Assembly (NCBI GenBank): GCA_963786955.1
Contig: CAWBAT010000006.1
Location: forward strand, 768,001-832,000
DNA: 64,000 bases
Source: an uncultured Acidimicrobiia bacterium
GTDB lineage: Bacteria; Acidobacteriota; Terriglobia; Versatilivoradales; Versatilivoraceae
Direction of reading: 5' to 3'
Shown here: piece after piece, positions 1 to 9,119 of the stretch
How positions within the stretch are numbered: the first letter of the stretch is position 1
How the letters are laid out: each line of letters opens with the position of its first letter
Made by a program: the position numbers and the translations under genes
The notes under the pieces: generated by a model
The model's database searches: none
Told to the model about the DNA's origin: nothing
Seen by the model: only the letters and a program-made list of their open reading frames with translations

Positions 1-2
1 TG

Positions 3-194
3 GCACCCGAAGGGCTGCGGTACATCTGCAGCTGGGTTTCCCAAGACCTGCAGCACTGCTTTCAGATTATGGAGTGTCATGATCCTCACCTTCTGCAAGA
101 GTGGATTAACCGATGGAAGGATCTCGTTGACTTCGAGATCACGCCCGTCGTGACGTCAGAAGAAGCGGCAGCCATGATGACACCTCGCCTATGA
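3..194 (+). CDS. DUF3303-like small protein, 5' truncated by the window edge
   Basis: My frame-3 translation APEGLRYICSWVSQDLQHCFQIMECHDPHLLQEWINRWKDLVDFEITPVVTSEEA...RL* (TGA 192-194) shows the SW...CFQ.ME...W.DLVDFE pattern of DUF3303. Confidence 0.75.
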   Translation, partial: APEGLRYICSWVSQDLQHCFQIMECHDPHLLQEWINRWKDLVDFEITPVVTSEEAAAMMTPRL

Positions 195-298
195 TGGCGA
201 TTCTGTGTAATAGGGAATGGTGTTAGGATGGGTCCTGAGAAAAAGTCCGTGAAAAGAATTTGTATCTATCCCGTCATTTCTTCATTAAGGAGGCAGAC

Positions 299-730
299 AT
301 GAAAATGATGAGTTGGATCATTCTTGTAATAGTTGGAGCCCTGACACTTCTTGTGAGTCTCGGCTCAGTAGGTCGCGCCTACAGTTCGGCCGGGGACCAG
401 ATAGGCCCTGCCAGCCTAGCCGAGCTATCGGGTGGGAGACCGGAGGTGGTGGCCGCGGTTAGGGCGCGTCGGGCGACGGCGGCCGCCTACGCTGCCGGGT
501 TCGCAACGCTCTTCCTGGCCATCACCCTTGGCCCCTACCGCCGAGGCGACGTGTGGGCATGGTGGGCGCTCTTAGCTGGCACGCTCGTGGTTTCGCTGTT
601 GATCCTGCTCCGGATCCCCTTCCTCGGCGTTCGGCTCGGGGCGCCAGCGGCTTTCATCCTGCTGGTAGTGGTTGGCCTCGGCCTGGCCCTCGGCGCTGGT
701 CGCTTGCGAGGCAGCAACCCTCCTGCCTGA
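299..730 (+). CDS. hypothetical integral membrane protein (about 4 TM helices)
   Basis: ORF 260..730; RBS AGGAGG before ATG at 299; several hydrophobic stretches. Confidence 0.7.
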   Translation: MKMMSWIILVIVGALTLLVSLGSVGRAYSSAGDQIGPASLAELSGGRPEVVAAVRARRATAAAYAAGFATLFLAITLGPYRRGDVWAWWALLAGTLVVSLLILLRIPFLGVRLGAPAAFILLVVVGLGLALGAGRLRGSNPPA

Positions 731-873
731 GCCGACTCAGTGACGTCAGCATCTACGCCGAATCCTATTCGTAGCCCCCCGGCCGCTTGCTGCAACTGAT
801 TGCTGAAACACGCGGCGGCTGCCTTCTAGGTTAGGAACGGGGTGAAAAAATTCCGCCGGGTCGGGTGACCCGG

Positions 874-930
874 CCTACAACACGGTGGCAAGCCCTTCGA
901 AATCATTGTAGGGGTGGGGCTTTCTCAAAG
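874..930. repeat. CTAC/GTAG REP-like repeat, copy 1 (copy 2 at 3268-3324)
   Basis: 45/57 identity to 3268-3324 by manual alignment; inverted CTACA...TGTAG core. Confidence 0.65.
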
Positions 931-999
931 CGTAAACCTCACGCGGCGTACACCATTTTTTTCGCACCTTCAGGGGAACCGCCGGAAAGCGAGTTTTTG

Positions 1000-1467
1000 A
1001 TGACAAGAGTCCCAGAATCAGTCGCACGGTTCCTTAGCGGAACCCGCATCGCTGTTGCGGGCGTCTCGCGGCACGCAGACGTCGCCGCCAACACTGTGTT
1101 CAAGAAACTGAGGGATTGCGGGTACGAGGTCTTCCCGGTAAACCCCAACGCCGAAGAAGTCGAAGGTGTGCCGTGTTACCCGAACGTCGCATCCATACCA
1201 GGTGAGCTCGATGGTGTTGTGATTGCCACCCACTCCAGTGTCTCACTCTCGATCGTTCGCCAGTGCAAGGAGCGCAGTGTGAAGCGGATCTGGTTTCATC
1301 GATCCTTTGGAGAGGGCAGCGTCTCGAAAGAGGCGGTCCGCGAGTGCGACCTTCTGGGAATGGAATGTATCGTTGGAGGCTGTCCTCTCATGTTTTGTGA
1401 TCCTGTCGACCTCGGGCACAAGTGTATGAGGTGGTGGCTCCAACGGTCGGGGCAAGTTCCGAAGTGA
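1000..1467 (+). CDS. CoA-binding protein (CoA_binding_2 / YccU-like)
   Basis: RIAVAGVSR, GYEVFPVNP, CYPNVASIP..LDGVVI, IWFH motifs; probable ATG at 1000. Confidence 0.85.
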   Translation: MTRVPESVARFLSGTRIAVAGVSRHADVAANTVFKKLRDCGYEVFPVNPNAEEVEGVPCYPNVASIPGELDGVVIATHSSVSLSIVRQCKERSVKRIWFHRSFGEGSVSKEAVRECDLLGMECIVGGCPLMFCDPVDLGHKCMRWWLQRSGQVPK

Positions 1468-1650
1468 CGTCCGTATCATCCTGTTTAGGGCTCCGGTCGC
1501 CGAGAAAAGACACTCCACCGTAGGGCAGGAAAAGCAAGAAAACTGAACACTCTTCCAGAAATCGGGGGATGCCGACGTAGGAAAAATCATCAAGGGGCGT
1601 TCCTACAAGATGAAGACGGACCTGAAGGCCAAAAAGGTTATTCCTGATGC

Positions 1651-1788
1651 TAATACAAGCGCATGAAGTAAAGTTAAACTTTAGGTCATCCTCGAATCGT
1701 TCTCCCTCACCCGGTCCTGACGGACCACCCCAAGGGAGAGGGGCTGGAGGAGGGGGAAATTGTCACAATACATAATGCTTTTGTATTA
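1651..1788. mobile_element. about 140 bp MITE with an internal REP palindrome, copy 1
   Basis: Terminal IR TAATACAAGCGCAT / ATGCTTTTGTATTA (12/14); homologous end to end with 8068-8211. Confidence 0.65.
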
Positions 1789-2055
1789 CTTACGAAAAGA
1801 TTGCTGGGATGATCATCGCCAATCATAATTGGCGGCGCAAGTAAGGGTTGCCCTAGTTGGATTCACTGTTGCCATCATCGCCTGTCAGTGTCTCTGGGCT
1901 GAGGACTTCAACGGAGACACAATCAGCGTCCTCAATGATGGCAGAGCCGTTGACAATGGTTCCGAGCTGTTGCTAGCATTCCTACTTACTCTCGGGATCC
2001 CAGATCTTAGTTCGAGGTATGGATTTTCGAAATTCAAGTATTCAAGGAGATCTCA

Positions 2056-2745
2056 ATGATGAAAAGGGGAACCAGAATCATTGTTGTTTGTTTCGTTCTT
2101 GTGGCCTTCGGGTTGACATTGGGCTGCGGTAAGAGCGTTGAACAGAAACAGGCGGAACAGACCGCCAAAAACCTGGCTGAGGCGGGGAAGAAGATGGAAG
2201 AAGCTATGAAGCAGGGTGGCGAAGGGGTGGGCGAGGCCATGAAGAAGATGGGGGAGGCCATGAGTGCCGGGAAGAAAGTGGACCCCGTCGACTTCCGTCT
2301 GCTCAAGTCTCTGCTACCGGAGTCCTTGCCCGGCATGAAGCGGACCAGTGCTAGCGGGGAGAAAAATGCCGCCATGGGAATCAACATTTCCAAGGCTGAA
2401 GCAAGATATGAGACCGAGGGAGAGAAAGGCCGAATTGACCTCGATATTACGGACATGGGCTCGATGTCGGGACTTACAGCCATGGCGGCTTTTGGATGGG
2501 CCATGACCGAGATCGATCGGGAAACCGAATCAGGGTATGAGAAAACTAGCACCTACGGGGGCTTTAAAGCACTCGAGAAGTACGACAAGAATAATCAGGA
2601 CGGGGAGATCCAGGTCCTGGTTGGCAATCGCTTCTCAGTAGAAGTCAAGGGCAACGAGGTAACAATGGATCAGGTCAAAGCTGCCTTGGGAAAGATCGAT
2701 TTAGCCAAACTGGACGGAATGAAGACGCAAGGGGTACAACCCTAG
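2056..2745 (+). CDS. hypothetical lipoprotein
   Basis: RBS AGGAG; signal peptide ending in lipobox LTLG-C; KKMEEAMK/KKMGEAMS helical repeats. Confidence 0.8.
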   Translation: MMKRGTRIIVVCFVLVAFGLTLGCGKSVEQKQAEQTAKNLAEAGKKMEEAMKQGGEGVGEAMKKMGEAMSAGKKVDPVDFRLLKSLLPESLPGMKRTSASGEKNAAMGINISKAEARYETEGEKGRIDLDITDMGSMSGLTAMAAFGWAMTEIDRETESGYEKTSTYGGFKALEKYDKNNQDGEIQVLVGNRFSVEVKGNEVTMDQVKAALGKIDLAKLDGMKTQGVQP

Positions 2746-2860
2746 CTTCTCCCAGCAACGCAGGAGCACAATCCACGATAAAGGATCTATTCTTGCCGCC
2801 AATATCGCCAATCCTGATTGTGTCTACCCGAAGAAAAGTATAGGGTCAGGTCTTGGCATT

Positions 2861-3023
2861 AGATTCTGCTGCAAAACCCATACCCGAGCTGATTTCGCCA
2901 AACTATGGAAAAAATAAATCACTCTAGGATGCCCCACAATGCAATTCTAAGCGGTCTGGATACATCGATGATCACCTCAATATTTTGAAGGTTTTAAGAA
3001 CAAGGGGTTTTGCAGCGGAATCT
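2861..3023. mobile_element. 163 bp MITE / non-autonomous IS remnant
   Basis: IR AGATTCTGCTGCAAAACCC (2861-2879) versus GGGTTTTGCAGCGGAATCT (3005-3023), 18/19 match; non-coding interior. Confidence 0.65.
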
Positions 3024-3267
3024 TCTAATGTTGAGATATGAGCTCTTTCCCTTTTTTTGTTCGAGACATGATCATTCTCTTGATCTAAGGGAATCCAGAT
3101 GACTCGTGCCATTCTGATCTTTCTTTACAGGTCGCTCCTATGGAGCTTCCAAGAACAATAGCCCCCGATAACTATAAAACGGAGGCCCCTAACGGAGCCC
3201 GTGGGTGATTAAAGGTTTAAGAAAGGCGGAAATTTTATTGCCGGCTACGCTTGGTCAGCGAACCGGT

Positions 3268-3324
3268 CTTACAGCACAGTAGTAAGCCTATTGAAACCAT
3301 TGTAGGATTGCGGCTTTCTCAAAG
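3268..3324. repeat. CTAC/GTAG REP-like repeat, copy 2
   Basis: Diverged copy of 874-930. Confidence 0.65.
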
Positions 3325-3327
3325 GAG

Positions 3328-3413
3328 ATAGCGCAGAGTCGATTTCAGACTCTGCGGCTTTTTGAAACCGGTGACGAGAAAGGCCGCGGACCCGGAAATC
3401 GGGTCCGCTCTAC
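3328..3413 (-). repeat. 86 bp double-hairpin GTAG-type REP element, copy A
   Basis: Hairpins GCAGAGTC..GACTCTGC and GCGGACCCG..CGGGTCCGC; reverse complement matches 63890-63975 (60 of the first 66 nt). Confidence 0.8.
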
Positions 3414-3521
3414 AGTCTCGGAAAGCCGCGAAGTGGCGGCGCGGAGTTTCGCCCTCCATTGGAGTGCCATTCCCCCTTGTATATTCATTCTCGAGGGATG
3501 AGTGTGCAAGATTATGCAGTT

Positions 3522-3565
3522 CCCCCTCACCCCCAAACCCCTCTCCTGCGTTGGGGCGAGGGGGG
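3522..3565. repeat. CCCCTCACCCC...GAGGGG palindromic REP
   Basis: Same family as 56864-56908 and the cores of the 1651 and 8068 MITEs. Confidence 0.6.
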
Positions 3566-3800
3566 CCGATAATTCATTATTGTTTTCGTCTCGCTAATAT
3601 TAAACGATCCGTACTTCATCTGGTCTTAAGGACCAAATGCTACGTGGCCGTGTTTCATCATTCCCTTGATCTTGCAGCTCGAGACCCTGCACCAACCCAC
3701 CCCTGGCGCCTGAAAGCGCCTACCCCTCCCAAGAGGGGAATCAACGGGAAGCGCTTTTCAAAGCGTAGCAAATCCAAAAGGAGACCAAAGCGGAATGAAA

Positions 3801-5015
3801 TCAGTGCATGAATTCGGTAAAGACTTCATTGGAAAGCATCCATCCGTGAGGGGTCAGGCGAAGCGACTCCGGGCTCATTTCGATCAGTCCGGCATCCAGC
3901 AGATGATCAATATTGCTTCGAAATCGGGTCCGCAGGTCAAAGCCAAATCTTTCTTGAAACGAATTGAATTCAATTCCACTCATGAGCCGCAAGTCCCAGG
4001 AAGAGAGCTTCCTCCTGACTGTTCCGCCTCATTGAGGTCATGGCGAGAGACAATGGCAATGCCGATTCAGTTCCATAAGTTCGATATACCGGCCGACACT
4101 CCGTTCATTTCCCCAGCGTTTCCCGTCCAGATAAGAATAGGCCCCGCAGCCAAATCCCAAAAATGACTTATCCGTCCAATATTTCAAGTTATGACGCGAT
4201 TCAAATCCGAGTCGCCCAAAGTTGGAAATTTCATATTGTCTCCAACCAGCCTTTTGCGAAGTCTATCCACCGCTTGGAAATAAAATGCCTCCACCAAATC
4301 GTCATCAGCAAATCGGGGAGAGTGGTCGCTTCACTCTTTTGACTTCCTAATATTGCTGCGGGCCGTAGACTTTCCCAAAATGAGTATTCTCGTGGACCTC
4401 TAGAATATACATGGAAATGTGTTCGGGATTCAGCCGATGGACCTGTTCTAAGTTGTCAGACCATTCCTTTTGGCTCTGAGACGGAAGACCGAGAATTAAA
4501 TCAAGGCTGATATTCTCGATGCCAGATTCCCTGTAGAGATTGTAGGTTTCAATGGAATCAGCAACACTATGGCTTCTCCCAATTCTTCGTAGCAGGTGAT
4601 CCTGAAAAGTCTGCATTCCAATGCTTACCCGATTCACGCCTATCGCGACGTGGGCTTTCGCTTTTTCCGGACTCACGGTTCCCGGATTCACTTCGAGAGT
4701 CATTTCCACATTCCCGGCCAAGTCAAAAACTTCTTTTAAGACTTGGATGATTCCAGCGATCCGCTCGGCAGAAAGCAAGGAAGGTGTCCCACCTCCAAAG
4801 TAAACCGTATCGACAACGCGTGAGTCGATCTCTCCCCGATCAATGCCCAACTCCCGACAAATTGAGCCAGCACCCTGGATCTCTGCTCGAAGAGCGTCCA
4901 GATAAGGAAGGATCATGGAATCCGGATAGACCCCGGAGGCAAAATTGCAGTAACTGCACTTTGATTCACAAAACGGGATGTGAATGTAAATGCCTAAGGG
5001 AGGCTTGCTCTTCAT
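3801..5015 (-). pseudogene. hemW: radical SAM heme chaperone HemW (HemN-like), interrupted by about 6 single-base indels (pseudogene or consensus error)
   Basis: GIYIHIPFCESKCSYCNF, TVYFGGGTPS; downstream frames carry DDDLVEAFY, QYEISNF...SRHNLKYW, EEALFLGL, LRLTPHG.LSNEV. Confidence 0.85.
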
Positions 5016-5129
5016 GATTGATCATTCCTGGCTCTCGGAGATTGCGGACATTCCGATGATGCGAATCGTCGTGGCGTATTTTCCGGTGCTTATCCCCATA
5101 AAATCCTAGGTTGATTTGTCGAAACCAGG

Positions 5130-6104
5130 CTACTGGCGGCATCTTGACAGGTCCTCGTAGGCCCTTGCAAGCAACAGATCCTTGGTTGTGCCCGAATGAG
5201 GGAACGTTGCGCCGCCGCACGCTGCCGCGAGTTTCGTTTTTGAGTTGTGGGCAGCCAACTGTTCATTGAGCCTGTCGACTCTATGTCGAATCCGAGTGGT
5301 CACTGCTTGAAGACCTAGTTCTCCGGATTCGGGAAGCAGAAATGCAAATTCGTCATAAGCATAGCGAGCAATGAAGTCAATTTGGCGGCATGAAGCACGG
5401 AGGAGATGCGCAATAAATTTCATCGCACGGTCTCCATTAAATGCGGGATGGCCCGTATTGGTGTCGGCATCTTTCAAACCTTGAATTCCGGCCAATAAGA
5501 GACCACAGGAATGTTCGTATCGCCGGCAGCGAGCAATTTCATGAGCCAGCAAAAACTGAAAATAACGATTGGAAAAAAGTCCGGTTTCATCGTCAAAACG
5601 AGGAATGTCCATTTGGTGTCGTTCAACCCGGAGTTTTCTTTCGAGCACCCTCTTTTCGACCAACCGATCGATTGACCTTCGAAGCAGATCAAGGTCAAAG
5701 GGTTTTGAAAAATACTCCGCTGCTCCTAAACGCATTGAAGCCACTGCAGTATCCACCGTGGGAGATCCCGTGATGATGATCACATCACAATTCGGAGTGA
5801 TGACCTTGACCGCCTTGATTAAACCCATGCCATCAAAATCGCCCAACCGGATATCCGTCATCACCATCCCAAAATCTTCACGTTTGATGAGGTCTAGAGC
5901 CTCGGGCCCGGAAGCGCAAGCGGTCGTCGGGAACCCACTGGTATCGAGAAAACTCACCATTTGCTGGCGGGTGGCCTGATCCTCATCCACCACTAAGACT
6001 CTGGTGTTGCGCCTTTCAAAAGTGAAGATCGTATCTCGATCTTTTTCTCTCGTATTCGGGGATCTATCACCCAGATCGGATTGATTACTGGCTCTCTCTT
6101 CCAT
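5130..6104 (-). CDS. response regulator receiver + degenerate GGDEF domain
   Basis: VLVVDED, TDIRL, YFSKPF receiver motifs; DDETGLFSNRYF and RQIDFIARYAYDEF GGDEF fold with AYDEF at the active site. Confidence 0.85.
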   Translation of the reverse strand: MEERASNQSDLGDRSPNTREKDRDTIFTFERRNTRVLVVDEDQATRQQMVSFLDTSGFPTTACASGPEALDLIKREDFGMVMTDIRLGDFDGMGLIKAVKVITPNCDVIIITGSPTVDTAVASMRLGAAEYFSKPFDLDLLRRSIDRLVEKRVLERKLRVERHQMDIPRFDDETGLFSNRYFQFLLAHEIARCRRYEHSCGLLLAGIQGLKDADTNTGHPAFNGDRAMKFIAHLLRASCRQIDFIARYAYDEFAFLLPESGELGLQAVTTRIRHRVDRLNEQLAAHNSKTKLAAACGGATFPHSGTTKDLLLARAYEDLSRCRQ

Positions 6105-6287
6105 GAAGCTCCTCCAGTCAAGGGGAACTCAGAAGGGGTTTCACTTGACTACTAGCGGCAACAAATCCGGTGAAACGACGCTTCCTCAGATTTAGATAGT
6201 AGCTGGTTTCATCTAACGCTGGCAAGAATTGTCGCTGTATGTGGGAGTCTGGAGAATGACGGCCCGGCAACAATGAATACGTTTGGA

Positions 6288-7919
6288 TTAGCTCAACTGG
6301 AGCAGTCGGTGGCCTGGGTCGTTGAGATCAATTTCCTCAAAGAGTTGCGCCAAAAGATCCATGCCGTAACGCGAGAGAAAGTAAAAAATATTCAGTCGCC
6401 TTTCCTGAAGAGTTTTGACCGGGTAGAGCAGGGAGGAAGCCTTTTCGATCTGCCGCTTCAAGACCTCGTGATGGCGGGTCTCCGCCAGAACAAACTTCGA
6501 CCGCAGGTGGTTGAGTTGGTAGAGAACCTTTTGCTGGGTCGTCTTGAGCGCTTCGGCAAGAGTCTGATCCACTGATTTTAGCGGGCCTTCCAGTTCACTG
6601 AGCTTTTGCTGCATCTCCTGTTCGAGAAGTGAAAACTTCTGGGCCAGGGTTTGATCGAGATTCTGCTCGATGACTTTCATCATCAGTGCTTCGGGTCCCA
6701 TGAGAATGGCTTCGAAATTCAGGGAATATTTTTCAAGGATCTTTCCAATTTTTCTTTCGATAATGGTAAAGCTAAAACGAGGAAAAACGATTGGCGGTTT
6801 TCTACCAAACTCCGCATACAATGGATCCACCTGGGCAAGATAAGCCATCTCCGAAGGCCCCGCTATCGAAGCCAGAGTGGGCAATAATAAATCTTGAAGC
6901 AAGGGTCGAAACAAGACATTCGGGCTCCACAACGCGGGCTCTTCCCGAATCCATTTCAAAATTTCAATCAGCGTCAGCCTTCGATCGGTGCCGCGCAGCT
7001 TCCATTGATCGCCGTCTCGCACCAAAGCCCTTCTCTTTCCTTCTTCCGTCACAAAAAGCCCCATGACGTCCGACTCCACCGTGACCTGGGCATGATAGCC
7101 CCCATCGATCAAGCGCTGGCTCTGCTGTCGAATTTTAGACATCAATTCTTCTGAACTGCCGGCCACTTGTTCTAACCATGGGGCCGTAATCTGTTTGAGG
7201 CGGACATCCAATGGATCGACGAGGATGAGGCCGTAGTTCTTGAAAAGCCAGGCGAACAATTCTCCAAAAGAAGATGCAAACGTGCGTCCTGGAAGATAAC
7301 TGGCCCGCACTCTGGATTCGATCTCTTGCTTAAATTCCGATTCCGGCATCCCATTCAAAAGCAGCTGGGACGTCGCCTCAATGGACTGATTAAACGTCAC
7401 CTTCCCCACGGGCTTCAGAGCATCTTCCAGCTGGGATTCATAATGGATCCGCACGAGTTGAGAATCCGTATCGGCAAGATAGCAGTGGTCGACTTCTGCG
7501 AGATCATGATCCTCCGTCGCCATCCAAAATATAGGGACGGTTTTGACCCCGCGGCAGTTGTAGTGTGCTGCCAGCTTGATGGCGGTCAAGGCCTTGTAGA
7601 TTGTATAGGCAGGCCCTGTAAACAAACCCACTTGTTGTCCTGCGACAACGGCACAACAGTCACTTCCTTTGAGTTTTTCGATATTTTCCAGGGTTTTTTC
7701 CCCGGCGCCAAAGGAATGGTTTTGCGCATGCAAAACTTCGCAGAGCACGTCCCGATGAGGCAGAGAAGATTGTTGCGCAAGATTCTCCTCCCGGAAGTGG
7801 CTCAATTCATAATGGCAGGGAAGGAATCCCTGGACCTTTGAATAATCGTAGAGATAGTCCCTGTAGAGGGCAGAAGTCTTGGGAATCTCTCTAAAATCCA
7901 GGCTGCGAGTTTGAGTCAT
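6288..7919 (-). CDS. bshC: bacillithiol biosynthesis cysteine-adding enzyme BshC
   Basis: VVAGQQVGLFTGPAYTIYKA, PIFWMATEDHDLAEV, SPNVLFRPL, AGPSEMAY, LQER motifs; 543 aa. Confidence 0.93.
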   Translation of the reverse strand: MTQTRSLDFREIPKTSALYRDYLYDYSKVQGFLPCHYELSHFREENLAQQSSLPHRDVLCEVLHAQNHSFGAGEKTLENIEKLKGSDCCAVVAGQQVGLFTGPAYTIYKALTAIKLAAHYNCRGVKTVPIFWMATEDHDLAEVDHCYLADTDSQLVRIHYESQLEDALKPVGKVTFNQSIEATSQLLLNGMPESEFKQEIESRVRASYLPGRTFASSFGELFAWLFKNYGLILVDPLDVRLKQITAPWLEQVAGSSEELMSKIRQQSQRLIDGGYHAQVTVESDVMGLFVTEEGKRRALVRDGDQWKLRGTDRRLTLIEILKWIREEPALWSPNVLFRPLLQDLLLPTLASIAGPSEMAYLAQVDPLYAEFGRKPPIVFPRFSFTIIERKIGKILEKYSLNFEAILMGPEALMMKVIEQNLDQTLAQKFSLLEQEMQQKLSELEGPLKSVDQTLAEALKTTQQKVLYQLNHLRSKFVLAETRHHEVLKRQIEKASSLLYPVKTLQERRLNIFYFLSRYGMDLLAQLFEEIDLNDPGHRLLQLS

Positions 7920-8067
7920 GAGTTAGGTGATTTGGCATTCATGCTGCGGATCAGAGTGTGCAGCCGCAGAGTCACAGCTTGTCTCGAAGGTCTTGGCGAC
8001 TTATCGCCACTCCACGAGGAGTTAAGGGTAAAGGATATTCGTATCTGAGTGATTGAGACCATGTTTC

Positions 8068-8211
8068 TAGTACAGGCGCCGTAAGTAAAGTTACACTTTG
8101 GGTCACACTCAAATCGTTCCCCCTCACCCGGCCTTTTGGCCACCCTCTCCCCAAGGGAGAGGGGCTGGAGGTGAGGGGGAAATTGTCACAAGACTTACTC
8201 CGTTTGTATAA
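8068..8211. mobile_element. about 140 bp MITE with an internal REP palindrome, copy 2
   Basis: Shares AAGTAAAGTTA.ACTTT.GGTCA, AATCGTTC.CCCTCACCCGG, CCAAGGGAGAGGGGCTGGAGG and GGGGGAAATTGTCACAA with 1651-1788; imperfect TA-x-TACA ends. Confidence 0.65.
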
Positions 8212-8261
8212 ATCCAAACTGGCTTCCCTTGTGTGCGTAAGCGAGCGGCAGAATTCAGGAA

Positions 8262-9116
8262 TTAGCCCGAACTCCCGGCCGTCTCTTTGATTATGGCATC
8301 GATCCGTTTCAATTCTTTGAGCAAACTTTCAAGTCGTTTCAACGGAAGCGAATTGGGTCCATCACTGAGAGCTTTTGCCGGATTATCGTGGATCTCCATA
8401 AAGAGGCCATCAATGCCCGCGGCAACACCGGCTCGGGCCAAAACGTCAATGTACTGGGATTGCCCCCCTGAAGTGACCCCCAAACCTCCGGGTAATTGCA
8501 AGCTATGTGTGACATCAAACAGGACCGGATAGCCAAATCCACGCATGACCGGGAAAGAACGAATATCAACCACCAGGTTGTTATAACCAAAGGAAGTCCC
8601 GCGTTCGGTCAAAAGAATTTGTTGGCAACCGTTTCGCTCCAGTTTTTCCACGACCTGCTCGATATCCCAGGGCGCCAAGAACTGTCCTTTCTTCACATTG
8701 ATGGCCCGTCCGCTTTTGGCCGCCGCCACCAAAAGGTCCGTTTGTCTGCAAAGGAAGGCCGGAATTTGGATACAATCAATCTCCGCCGCAACAGGCTCGA
8801 TTTGGTTGATTTCATGAATATCGGTGAGAATCGGCACAGCCAATTGCTTGCGAATCGATCTCAGGATCCTTAGCCCCTCTTGGAGCCCTGGCCCACGAAA
8901 TGAATCTAAGGCGGTGCGATTGGCTTTGTCGAAAGAAGCTTTAAAAATGAAGGGGACCTGACAGCGCCGGGCAATTGCCTGAATCTCCTTGGCCATGAAT
9001 TGGCAGTGTTCCTCCGATTCAATGACACAAGGACCAGCAATCAGAACGAGAGGGTGGTTCCCTCCAACGAGAACCTCCCCCACGCGAAATTCATGGGTCC
9101 GCAGCATGGAACTCAT
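8262..9116 (-). CDS. kdsA: 3-deoxy-8-phosphooctulonate (KDO8P) synthase
   Basis: IAGPCVIES, KASFDKANRT, QIPAFLCRQTDLL, NVKKGQF, ERGTSFGYNNLVVD. Confidence 0.97.
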   Translation of the reverse strand: MSSMLRTHEFRVGEVLVGGNHPLVLIAGPCVIESEEHCQFMAKEIQAIARRCQVPFIFKASFDKANRTALDSFRGPGLQEGLRILRSIRKQLAVPILTDIHEINQIEPVAAEIDCIQIPAFLCRQTDLLVAAAKSGRAINVKKGQFLAPWDIEQVVEKLERNGCQQILLTERGTSFGYNNLVVDIRSFPVMRGFGYPVLFDVTHSLQLPGGLGVTSGGQSQYIDVLARAGVAAGIDGLFMEIHDNPAKALSDGPNSLPLKRLESLLKELKRIDAIIKETAGSSG

Positions 9117-9119
9117 TCT

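Noticed and set aside
195-840. Integron cassettes/attC sites around the small 5' genes
   Set aside because: GTTAGGA hits do not fit GTTRRRY, there is no matching RYYYAAC or paired L boxes, and no integrase
3345-4166. ORFs 3362..3811, 3345..3536 and 3795..4166
   Set aside because: They are translations of REP elements or antisense shadows of hemW
4347-4349. Stop-codon readthrough or recoding (TAG) in hemW
   Set aside because: The same frame has further TGA and TAG stops and loses homology; conserved motifs sit in other frames, so indels explain it
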